From NCBI GenBank assembly GCA_964527235.1, contig CAZGNC010000001.1, positions 170,344 through 234,343 on the forward strand: a stretch of 64,000 nt of DNA. The letters run 5' to 3'. The stretch is from an uncultured Candidatus Saccharibacteria bacterium (lineage in GTDB: Bacteria > Patescibacteriota > Minisyncoccia > Phycocordibacterales > UBA9973). Of the stretch, positions 54,193 through 64,000 are shown in pieces. Made by a program: the position numbers and the translations under genes. The notes under the pieces were generated by a model, which made no database searches, was not told the DNA's origin, and saw only the letters and a list, made by a program, of their open reading frames with translations. Every line of letters begins with the position of its first letter. Within the stretch, counting starts at the first letter, position 1.

Positions 54193-55098
54193 ATGGCAGG
54201 AACCAAAGAAATTAAAAGAAGAATAAAGAGTATAAAAAACACCAAGAAAATCACGAAAGCGATGGAATTGGTGGCGGCTTCTAAGATGAAGCGCGCAGTT
54301 TCTTCTACTTTGGCATCACGCCTGTACGCAGAATATTCTTGGCAAGTTCTTACATCTATCGCGAAAAATATTGAAGAAAATAAATCCCCATTATTTGAGG
54401 CTCGTGAGATAAAGAATATCTTGCTTGTGCTGATAACTTCTAACCGTGGACTTTGCGGAGCGTATAATGCGCAGATAATAAAAAAAGCCCTAGCGTTATT
54501 TAAGGAAAATACGAATGCCAATATCAATGTCATAGCGATAGGTAAGAGAGGAGATTCTGGCATGCGTAGAATCGGTCGCAATGTGGTTGCGACATTTGTC
54601 GAACTCCCAGACAGCATAGAGCTCTCTGACGTGTTGCCGATATCTAAGCTAGTGAATGATGAGTATATCAACAAAACTTATGATCAGGTGTTAGTCGCTT
54701 ACACTGATTTCAAATCTGCCCTAGTCCAGAAACCGAACATTAAACAAATCCTTCCAGTCTCCAAAGAAGTGATAGAAGAATTAAAGACGATGGCTTTCGA
54801 AGAAAGTATTGATAAAGGAGAAGACATTAAAGAAAATAAAATAGATTATGTTTTCGAAGGAGATGTGGATAGGTTGACTGAGATGCTGGCAGAGAAGATT
54901 ACTAGAATGCAGATGTACCAGATGATACTTGAGTCGAATGCTTCTGAACAATCTGCTCGAATGATAGCTATGAAGAATGCTAGTGAGGCTTCAGGAGAAA
55001 TGATTGACGACTTAACACTGGTATTTAACAAAGCAAGACAGAGTAATATTACCAGAGAGATTTCAGAGATAAGTGCGGGTATGGCAAGTGTGACTTAA
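54193..55098 (+). CDS. atpG: F0F1 ATP synthase subunit gamma
   Basis: 301 aa; N-terminus MAGTKEIKRRIKSIKNTKKITKAMELVAASKM; C-terminal ITRE...EI helix. Confidence 0.85.
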   Translation: MAGTKEIKRRIKSIKNTKKITKAMELVAASKMKRAVSSTLASRLYAEYSWQVLTSIAKNIEENKSPLFEAREIKNILLVLITSNRGLCGAYNAQIIKKALALFKENTNANINVIAIGKRGDSGMRRIGRNVVATFVELPDSIELSDVLPISKLVNDEYINKTYDQVLVAYTDFKSALVQKPNIKQILPVSKEVIEELKTMAFEESIDKGEDIKENKIDYVFEGDVDRLTEMLAEKITRMQMYQMILESNASEQSARMIAMKNASEASGEMIDDLTLVFNKARQSNITREISEISAGMASVT

Positions 55099-55119
55099 AT
55101 TTATTATAAAAATTATTAA

Positions 55120-56490
<1,371 letters not shown>

Positions 56491-56499
56491 AAAACTTAG

Positions 56500-56943
56500 A
56501 TGACCAAAAAATTGAAATTAAAAATCGTTACCCCTGAAAGGCTGATCCTAGAGGATTGGGTTGATCAGGTGAGTATCCCCACTACTAAGGGTGAAATAAC
56601 CGTTCTGCCAGACCATATACCGCTTATAGCCGAGGTTGCTTCGGGTGATGTGGTGGCAGTGTCATTAGGAGAATCTATTCCTATGGCTATTTCGGGTGGC
56701 TTTTTGGAAATTAAGAAAAATGCTGAAACTACAGAAGTCGCAATCCTGGCTGACTTCGCAGAGCATATGCGCGAACTCTCTGACGAGAAGATTGCACAAG
56801 CTAAAGCTCGCGCAGAAGAACTTCGCAAGCAGATGGAGAACAAAGAAATCGTGGACTTCGAACATTTCGCTACAGAGCTAGAACGCTCACTAACTAGAGT
56901 CAAAGTTGCTGATAAGTGGAGAACTAAGAAATATAGAAAGTAG
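56500..56943 (+). CDS. atpC: F0F1 ATP synthase subunit epsilon
   Basis: 147 aa; N-terminal beta-sandwich plus C-terminal helical hairpin; last gene of the operon. Confidence 0.8.
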   Translation: MTKKLKLKIVTPERLILEDWVDQVSIPTTKGEITVLPDHIPLIAEVASGDVVAVSLGESIPMAISGGFLEIKKNAETTEVAILADFAEHMRELSDEKIAQAKARAEELRKQMENKEIVDFEHFATELERSLTRVKVADKWRTKKYRK

Positions 56944-56975
56944 TATGAAGAGGTGTTTGTAATTCAAAGTTTTAC

Positions 56976-57005
56976 TTGACTTTTAAGTATTTAGTATGGT
57001 ATACT
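56976..57005 (+). promoter_or_regulatory. sigma70-like promoter TTGACT-N18-TATACT upstream of the island-7 gene
   Basis: ttgacttttaagtatttagtatggtatact in the AT-rich gap after atpC. Confidence 0.35.
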
Positions 57006-57052
57006 GAAAAAGAAGTAGAACCACCTTCACCACCACAACTTGCGAGGTGATT

Positions 57053-57298
57053 ATGCCAGATGAGAATGAGGTCAACCACAACCCACCACTCCGACTGGAG
57101 AGCGGCACGGACGACTCGGTGGGATTTTCCGAGCTGATGGAGCTCTCGTACGGCTTAGATGAAAGAGAGTTCGTCACGTTGCTTGAGGTAACGGGAATTG
57201 TTCCTCCTCTGCCGGCCGGCATTTCCGAAGACGACGTGCTCGCGCTGGGCAGGCGCGCCGGTGAAGCAGCGCTGAAGAGAGTGAACAGACAGCGTTAA
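57053..57298 (+). CDS. acidic hypothetical protein (81 aa) in GC-rich island 7
   Basis: SD GAGGTG 3 nt upstream of ATG (MPDENEVNHNPPLRLESGTDDSVGFSELMEL...); a GTG at 57047 is an alternative start. Confidence 0.4.
   Translation: MPDENEVNHNPPLRLESGTDDSVGFSELMELSYGLDEREFVTLLEVTGIVPPLPAGISEDDVLALGRRAGEAALKRVNRQR
57086..57106 (+). repeat. 21-bp direct repeat, copy 1 (within codons ~12-18 of the island-7 ORF)
   Basis: ccactccgactggagagcggc; 20/21 identical to 57302-57322, which lies 4 nt after the ORF stop. Confidence 0.5.
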
Positions 57299-57301
57299 CT
57301 G

Positions 57302-57322
57302 CCACTCCGACTAGAGAGCGGC
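57302..57322 (+). repeat. 21-bp direct repeat, copy 2 (immediately after the island-7 ORF stop)
   Basis: ccactccgactagagagcggc; the two copies bracket almost exactly the ORF body. Confidence 0.5.
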
Positions 57323-57346
57323 TGTGGGGTGCTGTTAGTCACATAA

Positions 57347-57385
57347 AAGCCCGCATGACGATGTCTAGCGGGCTTCTGCTTTTCT
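57347..57385 (+). terminator. intrinsic terminator of the island-7 gene
   Basis: aagcccgc-atgacgatgtcta-gcgggctt followed by ctgcttttct. Confidence 0.6.
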
Positions 57386-57417
57386 AAAATTAAAAATATG
57401 CTAGAGTTTAAACCATT

Positions 57418-58092
57418 ATGTCTAAATTTTATGTCGTGGCGACGCCAATAGGAAACCTGGGAGATATAACTCTGCGGGCTATCGACACGCTCAAAAGTGT
57501 CGATGTTATTTTGTGCGAAGACACACGCGAGACGAAAAAGCTTTTAGATAAATACAATATCAAAAAAGAAACAATGAGCTATCATGCTCAGAGCAAGCTT
57601 TCTAAAACCGATAAAATTTTTGAGTTATTGAGAGATGGTAAAGACTTGGCATTAGTTTCAGATGCGGGTACTCCTACAATATCAGACCCTGGAGCTATGC
57701 TCGTGTCTAAAATACGCGAAGAATTTGGAAGTGAAGTCGAAGTAATGCCTGTGCCTGGTGCCTCGGCGGTTATAGCTGCACTTTCGGCTTCGGGGTTGCC
57801 AACTCATGAATTTACTTTCTTAGGATTTCTACCACACAAAAAGGGAAGAGAAACACTTTTTAAAGAAATAGCATCGTCTGACCGCACTATGGCGTTCTAT
57901 GAGTCACCACATAGAATACTAAAGACACTAGAATCACTGGTTAAATTTTGCCCAGAGAAAAAGGTTTGCATTGCTCGTGAACTTACAAAAATATACGAAG
58001 AATTTAAAACCGGTTCTCCAGCGGAAGTTTTGCAATACTTAGAAACAAATAAAGAAAAGCAAAGAGGGGAGTTTGTGGTTTTGGTAGCATAA
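57418..58092 (+). CDS. rsmI: 16S rRNA (cytidine1402-2'-O)-methyltransferase RsmI
   Basis: 224 aa; tetrapyrrole-methylase fold; N-terminus MSKFYVVATPIGNLGDITLRAIDTLKSVDVILCEDTR. Confidence 0.85.
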   Translation: MSKFYVVATPIGNLGDITLRAIDTLKSVDVILCEDTRETKKLLDKYNIKKETMSYHAQSKLSKTDKIFELLRDGKDLALVSDAGTPTISDPGAMLVSKIREEFGSEVEVMPVPGASAVIAALSASGLPTHEFTFLGFLPHKKGRETLFKEIASSDRTMAFYESPHRILKTLESLVKFCPEKKVCIARELTKIYEEFKTGSPAEVLQYLETNKEKQRGEFVVLVA

Positions 58093-58134
58093 AAGAGAAA
58101 CCGCCTAAAGAAGCGCGGTCGCTTCTCTAGGCGG
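58093..58134 (-). terminator. hairpin terminator oriented for the minus-strand island-8 gene (its stop codon lies inside the stem)
   Basis: ccgcctaaagaagcg-cggtc-gcttctctaggcgg (one mismatch); on the minus strand followed by tttctctttt. Confidence 0.5.
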
Positions 58135-58372
58135 TGGTACGATTCCCCAAGTTGGTGGGGTATTCCTCGTCTGAGGTGCCAACCCAGACGAAGAGCTTTC
58201 CTTCGAGCCGGTAGCGTTGGGTTCTACCCAACACTCTGCTGTCTTCTCCTCCGCGGGGTTGAGCGCCTGCTCTGAGCAATGTCAGAGCTTCAGCGGTGGA
58301 GACTTCCACCGCGCCGTCCAAGGTTTCTTGGGCGGCTAGCAGCTCATTCAAAGATCGATGGCCTTTCTGCAC
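58127..58372 (-). CDS. hypothetical protein (81 aa, GTG start) in GC-rich island 8
   Basis: SD AGGAGC 6 nt upstream of GTG; VQKGHRSLNELLAAQETLDGAVEVSTAEALTLLRAGAQPRGGEDSRVLG...; no family recognised. Confidence 0.4.
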   Translation of the reverse strand: MQKGHRSLNELLAAQETLDGAVEVSTAEALTLLRAGAQPRGGEDSRVLGRTQRYRLEGKLFVWVGTSDEEYPTNLGNRTTA

Positions 58373-58430
58373 GTTTAGGCTCCTGGCTGTAATTTACAGG
58401 TAGAGTACCACAAAAATATTAAAAAGTCAA

Positions 58431-59963
58431 TTACACAAAACCTGGGAAGAAATCAGTCTTTATATGGCTTCCTGGTACGCCCATTTTTGAAAGTGTTTCT
58501 TGGAATATGGTGACCATTATGTGTGGGCCTGAGATATAGAAAATTCTTTCTTTGAAGTCCGGCATGTGTTTCTTGATCATATCTGCCGTTACGAATCCCT
58601 TTTCGCCTTGCCAATTCTCTGGTACGGTCTTTTCCTCAGAGAGAACATAAACAGTTTTCATACCTAATTCTTTTTCGGCGTTTTCGAATGTTTCTTTATA
58701 GGCAATATCTTTTTCTGTGCGACAGGAATAAAACATAACAATATCCCTTTTTTGTTTTTTGGTGAGCATGTAGTTGGTCATACTTTCGAAAGGAGTAACA
58801 CCGATACCACCGGCGATGAAGCATAATTTCGTGTTTTTATTTTCAGGCATGGTGAAATCTCCTGCTCTCTGTGATGCTACTACCACATCACCAGGCTCCA
58901 TCGAGAGAAGTTTTTTCTTAAAACTACTAGAATTGGGATAGAATTTTACTCCCATACGCAAATATTCTTCTATCGGGCTAGAAGCGATAGTGAAATACCT
59001 TCGATTGCCTCTGTTGTCCGGTTTGTCATGTTCAAGAGTCCATTCTAAGTATTGTCCTGGTTTAAATGCGAAATCAGTCTTGTTGGCTTCAAAAGAAAAG
59101 TCGTATACGCCATCAGCTATTTCTTTTTTCTCTTTTAGTTTCAGTATGTATTTTTCTTTAGGGCTGACCATATATGAAAACAAATTACCTACTACCAAAG
59201 CGAGCTCAGGAGTTGAGTATACTGAACCGATACGAATCATCGGGTCAAACAAAACTCCAACGATAGCACCGTAATACATTCGTAGTTTTTTTGTCGGTGG
59301 AGTGGTGAGAGGTTCTGTGAGCATTACAAAGGAGAAGAACAATGTAGGTGAGCTAACCAAAGAACTCCATATAAGTTGTGGGATTTGAGATATCCCATTG
59401 AAGTGGTTTATGACCGTTCCAACAAGAGAAACAGCGATGAAAGAAAGCGCCATATCAAATCTTCTAATTTTGCGAACTATCAGGAGACCGCCTACTAGGA
59501 TGAAAGGTGTCATAACTGTGGTGCTTATCCACCAGCTGGCGCTTTGGTTGATAGAAAACGCTGTTATGACTACTGCGATAGCTACTGGGTTAAAGATATG
59601 CTTCTTGCCTATAGCCATTATGTACTTTGAAGCCATAGCCCATATAGCAACCCAGAGTATAAAAAAGAAGTAGCTTAAGTCGTTAAATGATTCAGGCGGG
59701 GTGACTATCAGAGCTAGAATTAGAGCAGTAATATATAGAGATTCGTTGTTGGTCGGCGCGTTAAATGCTTTTGAGAAAGCCCAGTTTACTACGAAACACA
59801 CTAGAAGAATTATCGCAGTTGAGAGAAGCAACATACTGGGATCATAATGTAATATATCAAGATAGGAAAAGATGCTGGCGATTATAACTAGAGAGAAAAG
59901 GAAGTATAGCACCAAGCGATACATAGTTATCTGATTTAAAAAGTTGTCTATATGTTTAAGCAT
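58431..59963 (-). CDS. polytopic membrane protein fused to a C-terminal ferredoxin-NADP reductase-like FAD/NAD(P)-binding oxidoreductase domain
   Basis: 510 aa; ~8-10 N-terminal TM helices; C-terminal FNR-like motifs (RRYFTIASSP flavin-binding RxYS/T-like; FIAGGIGVTPFESM NAD-binding). Confidence 0.6.
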   Translation of the reverse strand: MLKHIDNFLNQITMYRLVLYFLFSLVIIASIFSYLDILHYDPSMLLLSTAIILLVCFVVNWAFSKAFNAPTNNESLYITALILALIVTPPESFNDLSYFFFILWVAIWAMASKYIMAIGKKHIFNPVAIAVVITAFSINQSASWWISTTVMTPFILVGGLLIVRKIRRFDMALSFIAVSLVGTVINHFNGISQIPQLIWSSLVSSPTLFFSFVMLTEPLTTPPTKKLRMYYGAIVGVLFDPMIRIGSVYSTPELALVVGNLFSYMVSPKEKYILKLKEKKEIADGVYDFSFEANKTDFAFKPGQYLEWTLEHDKPDNRGNRRYFTIASSPIEEYLRMGVKFYPNSSSFKKKLLSMEPGDVVVASQRAGDFTMPENKNTKLCFIAGGIGVTPFESMTNYMLTKKQKRDIVMFYSCRTEKDIAYKETFENAEKELGMKTVYVLSEEKTVPENWQGEKGFVTADMIKKHMPDFKERIFYISGPHIMVTIFQETLSKMGVPGSHIKTDFFPGFV

Positions 59964-60708
59964 TTATTTTTTGATAGTTTTTAAAACCTTGGGTCATAGT
60001 AGCAGTTCCGTTTTTATCCACTACATAGCCTTCGAAACCAGGTAGATTCTCTATAAAGAATATACCATTTTCTCCCATCGCAAAAGCAGCGGTAGCAAAT
60101 CTATCTGCTTCGTAAATATTAGGACCTATGACCGTTAAACTCACAATGTCCGCGACTGCATCTTTTTTATTGAGAGGGTCGTATATGTGATTGCCTCTTA
60201 TATAGTTGCCAGAAGTCGCGACACCTTTGTTTTCTACTTCTAAGATTTTTATTAATTCATCGGTATTGAATGGATTTCTGATGCCTATAGTCCAGGGCTT
60301 TCCTTCTTTATTTTTGCCAAAAGTTTCTATATCACCCCCAGCTTCAATATAAAAATTTTTATATCCTTTCTCTTTTAAAATATTTGAGGCATTGTGTATA
60401 GCCCAGCCTTTAACTAGACCAGAAGGGTCGAACAATCCATTGGGCTTCTTGATATCGAAATAGTCGTCAGTTTCGCGTTTGGTTTTTTCTGAGAGCGCAA
60501 AGACCTCCTGCATTTCTTTGCTGTATTTTTCCTCGTTAATTAACCCCATATTTATTTGGGATATTTCGCTTTCTTTTTTATACGTGCTGAATTTGTTATC
60601 AATATATGTAAAGTACTCAAAGATTACATCAAGAGATTCCTGATCTGCGCCAGCGTCAACTATCTCAACTGTAATGGGCATACCCATTATGATTCGAGTT
60701 TCTTTCAT
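59956..60708 (-). CDS. apbE: FAD:protein FMN transferase (ApbE family), short form
   Basis: 250 aa; ApbE-family pattern (GMPITVEIVD..., GIRNP..., SGNYIRGNHIYDP); stop overlaps the downstream gene start. Confidence 0.7.
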   Translation of the reverse strand: MKETRIIMGMPITVEIVDAGADQESLDVIFEYFTYIDNKFSTYKKESEISQINMGLINEEKYSKEMQEVFALSEKTKRETDDYFDIKKPNGLFDPSGLVKGWAIHNASNILKEKGYKNFYIEAGGDIETFGKNKEGKPWTIGIRNPFNTDELIKILEVENKGVATSGNYIRGNHIYDPLNKKDAVADIVSLTVIGPNIYEADRFATAAFAMGENGIFFIENLPGFEGYVVDKNGTATMTQGFKNYQKINA

Positions 60709-60718
60709 TGCTTTAGAT

Positions 60719-61297
60719 TTAAGTTCTAGCCTTCGATAGAGCAGAGGTTAAGGATTTCATAAAAGCTCTACTGGTATATGTTGCCCCAGAAACTATGTCG
60801 ACTTGGGAGCTCTGAGTACTGATTGCTTCAGAGATGAGAATTGGCATTGCGTGCTTACTTTTCTGGAGGGATGTCGATCTATCGTTAGGATAAGATAGGA
60901 AAACAATATCTACGATTTTCCCGTTTGAGATTTTAGCTTGTACCTGGACATCTCCATATGAAGCATCAGTTACGTTCCCTGTAAAAGTTCCATCCTTAAG
61001 ACCATTGGTGGTTTTGGGAGTGCTTGTTGTGGGTGTGGTGGTTGCAGGGGGTTTTACAACAGGTTTTACGGGAGTAGTGGTTGTAGGGGTAGTTGGTTTA
61101 GGCTTTACAGTCGTTGTGGTCGGCTTAGGTTCTGTAGTCGGCACTTCTTCTACAACAGTAGTGGTTTGCTTCTCTTCAGTGTTAGATGCAATTATCGGGG
61201 CAGGGTCTTTTTGAGCCAGTTCTTCGCTGGATTTTATAAGAAATGTATAAAATGCAAACAAAACAATAACTGCACCAGACAGTAAATATTTTTTCAT
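60719..61297 (-). CDS. membrane-anchored FMN-binding-domain protein (NqrC/RnfG/PplA-like), predicted flavinylation substrate
   Basis: 192 aa; N-terminal TM; Thr/Pro-rich linker; FMN_bind domain with the flavinylation-site-like motif DIVSGATYTSRAF. Confidence 0.65.
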   Translation of the reverse strand: MKKYLLSGAVIVLFAFYTFLIKSSEELAQKDPAPIIASNTEEKQTTTVVEEVPTTEPKPTTTTVKPKPTTPTTTTPVKPVVKPPATTTPTTSTPKTTNGLKDGTFTGNVTDASYGDVQVQAKISNGKIVDIVFLSYPNDRSTSLQKSKHAMPILISEAISTQSSQVDIVSGATYTSRAFMKSLTSALSKART

Positions 61298-61344
61298 ATT
61301 ATACTCTGTATTATACCATGAAAATTCAAATAGGTTACAAACAG

Positions 61345-63306
61345 CTAAAGTAGATCTTCAGGATCTACAGATACCTCGAATTCTCTAGGTAAAGATTTTA
61401 TTTTCGATAATAGTTTTTCATCCACAGAAGATGCGTATAAAAGCTCAGGGGTAGACCACTTAGTCGTTTCGACTTTTATCAGAGCATTTGTGACGTATTT
61501 GTTTTTGAGCTTAGAAACAAATCCGCTAAATATATCTGGATTATACTCTGCGAACATTTCTTCTAGCATTGTTTTGACTTGTGCGACGTCTTCTTTTTCT
61601 CCTAGATGGGTTATTTTTATAAACCTTACGTAGGGTGGGTATCCTAGAGTTAGTCGGTCTCTTAATTCTTCTCGAATGAAGGATATCAGATCATCTCTTT
61701 GAATAGCGAGTATTGCTTTGTTTCTTAGATTCTTGGTTTGAATTATTAAATTCTCGCTGGTTCTACTAATTATAGAGATTAGAAGTTGTATAATTTTCTC
61801 ACCCATTTTAAAGTTTGGAATACTCCACAACGAATCAAATGATGCGATAATCGAAGTGTGGACTTTTTCTTTGAGATAAAATAATGCCATTTCTGTGCCG
61901 ACGAGAATAGCTCGATGGCTGTTCTCAAATTCTTCTATTATTTTCTCGGCCTCTTTGGCGTTTCGAGCGGACTCTTTATCTAGGCGGAAAATCTTTACCT
62001 TTTCTTCTGAGTTTTCAAGGATTTCTTTGAGTTCAGATAGGACTGTTTCCGTACCGATGCCAAATGGCATTAGATTCCAACTACCGCATCGGCTACAAAT
62101 TGTGTTCGGGTCTTTCTCAGTGCTACATCTATTGCAAATAAACATTCTCTTTTTGCCATCCCTAGAAGAGTACAGCACAACAGGGGATAAGCAGTTATCA
62201 CACATTACGGTTTCGCCACAATCTCTACAGATTGTCATTGTGGCTAATCCTTTCCTTAAAGCGAAAACAAAAATATTTTTACCTTTCGATAATGTTTCGC
62301 GGATTTTATGTGTATTTTCTGTGGTGAATATTTTGAAACCATTTCTAATTTCAGGCAATTTCTTGTTGCCATCACTTTCACCCTCTATGTGTATGTCTCC
62401 ATCGAAGTTTACCTTGAAAGACATCGATCGGACCAAGGATAACCCCTCACTTTCTTTTCGGTTTATTGTTTCAAAGCGTAGCAGGGTGTCAGCCAGAATC
62501 AATCTAGTGCCAGTCTTGGCTGCGAATACTTCTACGAATATTCGAAGATCAAAGTATGGCCTGCTTAAAGTTTTATATGCGCTGCTACTTTCGTTCTCTA
62601 ATATAATCGTGCCTAGGTCTTTACGGGGAATAGCAAGAAATGGTGCCGTCCCAATGATAAGTACTGGATGATCGCATCCGAGCATTTTCTCTATTTTTTC
62701 TAGATTTTTCTTTGGGCTCAATCCGCCATGCATTAGAAAGGAGAAATTTTCAATACCCTTGGAAAGTGATTGGTGGAATATGTCGATACTGTGTTCTGTT
62801 GGCAAGATCACGAATACAGACTTCTTCTGGGCAAATGATCCGCGGATTAATGTTTTATAGTATGAAATACGCTCTTCTGTCGGTGCCTGAAAAAGCAATT
62901 TCTCTGCTTTAGCATTGTTCGTTTGATTTACGAATGTTTCAGTTTCGTTTTTAAAGTTTGCTACTTTATCATATTCATCTCTTAGTATTGATGGAATGAG
63001 TGATGGGATTACTCCAGCTCCAGCTTGGGCGAAATACTTATTGACTATGAAAACTGAGTCCCAAAATTCTTTTCGAAAAATAGAATTTTTTTTCTTTTCA
63101 ATAACTTTCTTTAAATTAAATTGCATATTCTTGATGTCGGATTTCATCGAAGATGCATCTTGTACTGAAGCAACCAAACCAAGGATTTTTTTATTTCTTA
63201 TGGGTATTTCTACTACGTCACCGCTGTCCATTTCTTGGCTAGTAAAATAGGTCAAATCACCGTTAAAGACTCCCTTTTTTAGAGGCATGACCGTCACAAT
63301 TTTCAT
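61345..63306 (-). CDS. priA: primosomal protein N' (replication restart helicase PriA)
   Basis: 653 aa; superfamily-2 helicase motifs; paired Cys4 zinc-binding insert (CRDCGETVMCDNC...CNRCSTEK...CSRCGS). Confidence 0.85.
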   Translation of the reverse strand: MKIVTVMPLKKGVFNGDLTYFTSQEMDSGDVVEIPIRNKKILGLVASVQDASSMKSDIKNMQFNLKKVIEKKKNSIFRKEFWDSVFIVNKYFAQAGAGVIPSLIPSILRDEYDKVANFKNETETFVNQTNNAKAEKLLFQAPTEERISYYKTLIRGSFAQKKSVFVILPTEHSIDIFHQSLSKGIENFSFLMHGGLSPKKNLEKIEKMLGCDHPVLIIGTAPFLAIPRKDLGTIILENESSSAYKTLSRPYFDLRIFVEVFAAKTGTRLILADTLLRFETINRKESEGLSLVRSMSFKVNFDGDIHIEGESDGNKKLPEIRNGFKIFTTENTHKIRETLSKGKNIFVFALRKGLATMTICRDCGETVMCDNCLSPVVLYSSRDGKKRMFICNRCSTEKDPNTICSRCGSWNLMPFGIGTETVLSELKEILENSEEKVKIFRLDKESARNAKEAEKIIEEFENSHRAILVGTEMALFYLKEKVHTSIIASFDSLWSIPNFKMGEKIIQLLISIISRTSENLIIQTKNLRNKAILAIQRDDLISFIREELRDRLTLGYPPYVRFIKITHLGEKEDVAQVKTMLEEMFAEYNPDIFSGFVSKLKNKYVTNALIKVETTKWSTPELLYASSVDEKLLSKIKSLPREFEVSVDPEDLL

Positions 63307-63343
63307 GTTTTTATTCTAACATAACTTGTGATATATTTACTTT

Positions 63344-64000
63344 ATGGGGCTTTTTTCCAAAAAACTAGGAATCGATTTAGGGACTGCGAATACTTTGGTT
63401 TTTCTACCCGGAAAAGGCGTAGTACTAAACGAGCCATCTGTGGTAGCGGTATCAGAGCAAACGAATAAAATCTTAGCTATCGGATTCGAAGCCAAAGACA
63501 TGATAGGCAAGACCCCAGAATCTATCATCACTTACTGCCCCATGAAAGATGGGGTTATTGCTGATTACAGAGTGACCGAGGCAATGCTCCACTATTTCAT
63601 CAGTAAGGCAATGGGTAAATGGAATATTTTCAAACCTGATGTGATGATATCTGTACCAGCAGGTGTAACTTCGACCGAGCGACGTGCTGTCGTAGAGGCG
63701 GCAGTTCGCGCTGGGGCTAGGAATGCATACGTGGTTAAAGAGCCCATTCTAGCGGCCATTGGTGCAGGTATTCCTATTAATGAATCTAAGGGTCACATGG
63801 TGGTTGATATCGGTGGTGGTACTACAGACGTTGCAGTGATTTCTCTTGGAGGGATAGTTGCTTCCACCTCGGTGAAATGTGCAGGTACTAAGATAGACCA
63901 ATCTATCGCGGACTATATTAAGAAAACATTCAACTTAGCTATTGGAGATAAAACAGCCGAAGAGGTTAAAATCAAAATAGGTGCCGCTGTGCCTCTCGAA
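63344..64000 (+). CDS. mreB: rod shape-determining protein MreB (3'-partial, runs off the window end)
   Basis: Actin-fold motifs LGIDLGTANTLV, GVITSTERRAVVEA, MVVDIGGGTTDVAV; the ORF is still open at position 64000. Confidence 0.85.
   Translation, partial: MGLFSKKLGIDLGTANTLVFLPGKGVVLNEPSVVAVSEQTNKILAIGFEAKDMIGKTPESIITYCPMKDGVIADYRVTEAMLHYFISKAMGKWNIFKPDVMISVPAGVTSTERRAVVEAAVRAGARNAYVVKEPILAAIGAGIPINESKGHMVVDIGGGTTDVAVISLGGIVASTSVKCAGTKIDQSIADYIKKTFNLAIGDKTAEEVKIKIGAAVPLE

Noticed and set aside
60980-61220. Thr/Pro-rich repetitive stretch, which is also an 'ORF' on the plus strand (61005-61214)
   Set aside because: It is a low-complexity linker inside the FMN-binding protein (TTTVKPKPTTPTTTTP...). 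It is not a mobile repeat, and the plus-strand ORF is its antisense.

Overview
The window reads as a streamlined, AT-rich bacterial chromosome segment (by eye roughly 35-40% GC) with the standard genetic code. The gene set and compact layout suggest a small-genome bacterium of the CPR/Patescibacteria type; that assignment is inference only. The backbone is almost entirely housekeeping genes. On the minus strand at the left: a partial GGDEF-domain protein, Hsp20, a PrsW-like protease, valS, tsaD, a GlmU-like nucleotidyltransferase and a family-4 UDG. Then trxB, ftsZ, ftsA, ybeY and rpsU, followed on the plus strand by greA, lysS and a dcw cluster (mraZ-rsmH-ftsL-ftsI-murF). A copper operon follows (csoR-copA-HMA membrane protein-cupredoxin), then a nitroreductase, rmuC, a dnaQ-like exonuclease, a yqeY-like gene, a MYG1-like gene, obg and a MacAB-like MFP/permease/ATPase trio. 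After that come gatB, a class II aldolase, an FAD-linked oxidase, L25, an MltB-like lytic transglycosylase, L31, RF1, an RRM protein and a complete F1Fo ATP synthase operon (atpI/B/E/F/H/A/G/D/C). The right end holds rsmI, a flavinylation-type redox trio (FMN-binding protein, ApbE, membrane FNR-like reductase), priA and the start of mreB. Six tRNAs are present: Phe, Val, Glu-TTC, Ser-CGA, Glu-CTC and Ile. The most striking feature is nine short intergenic islands, 0.3-2 kb each, that are visibly GC-rich. Each is built like an independent expression cassette: a near-consensus sigma70 promoter in the AT-rich flank, a strong Shine-Dalgarno, one to eight small GC3-biased ORFs (22-147 aa, many with predicted TM helices, plus one CheY-like receiver) and a hairpin terminator. 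None disrupts a host gene, two abut tRNA-Glu genes, and no integrase or transposase is present. Two further repeat families occur. One is a ~98-bp palindromic element with one intergenic copy and one apparently in-frame copy inside tsaD. The other is a 78-nt conserved block on the 3' side of both tRNA-Glu genes, with a third partial copy fused to a tRNA-Glu 3'-end-like fragment. Small-ORF coordinates under 60 aa were derived by hand and may be off by a few nucleotides.
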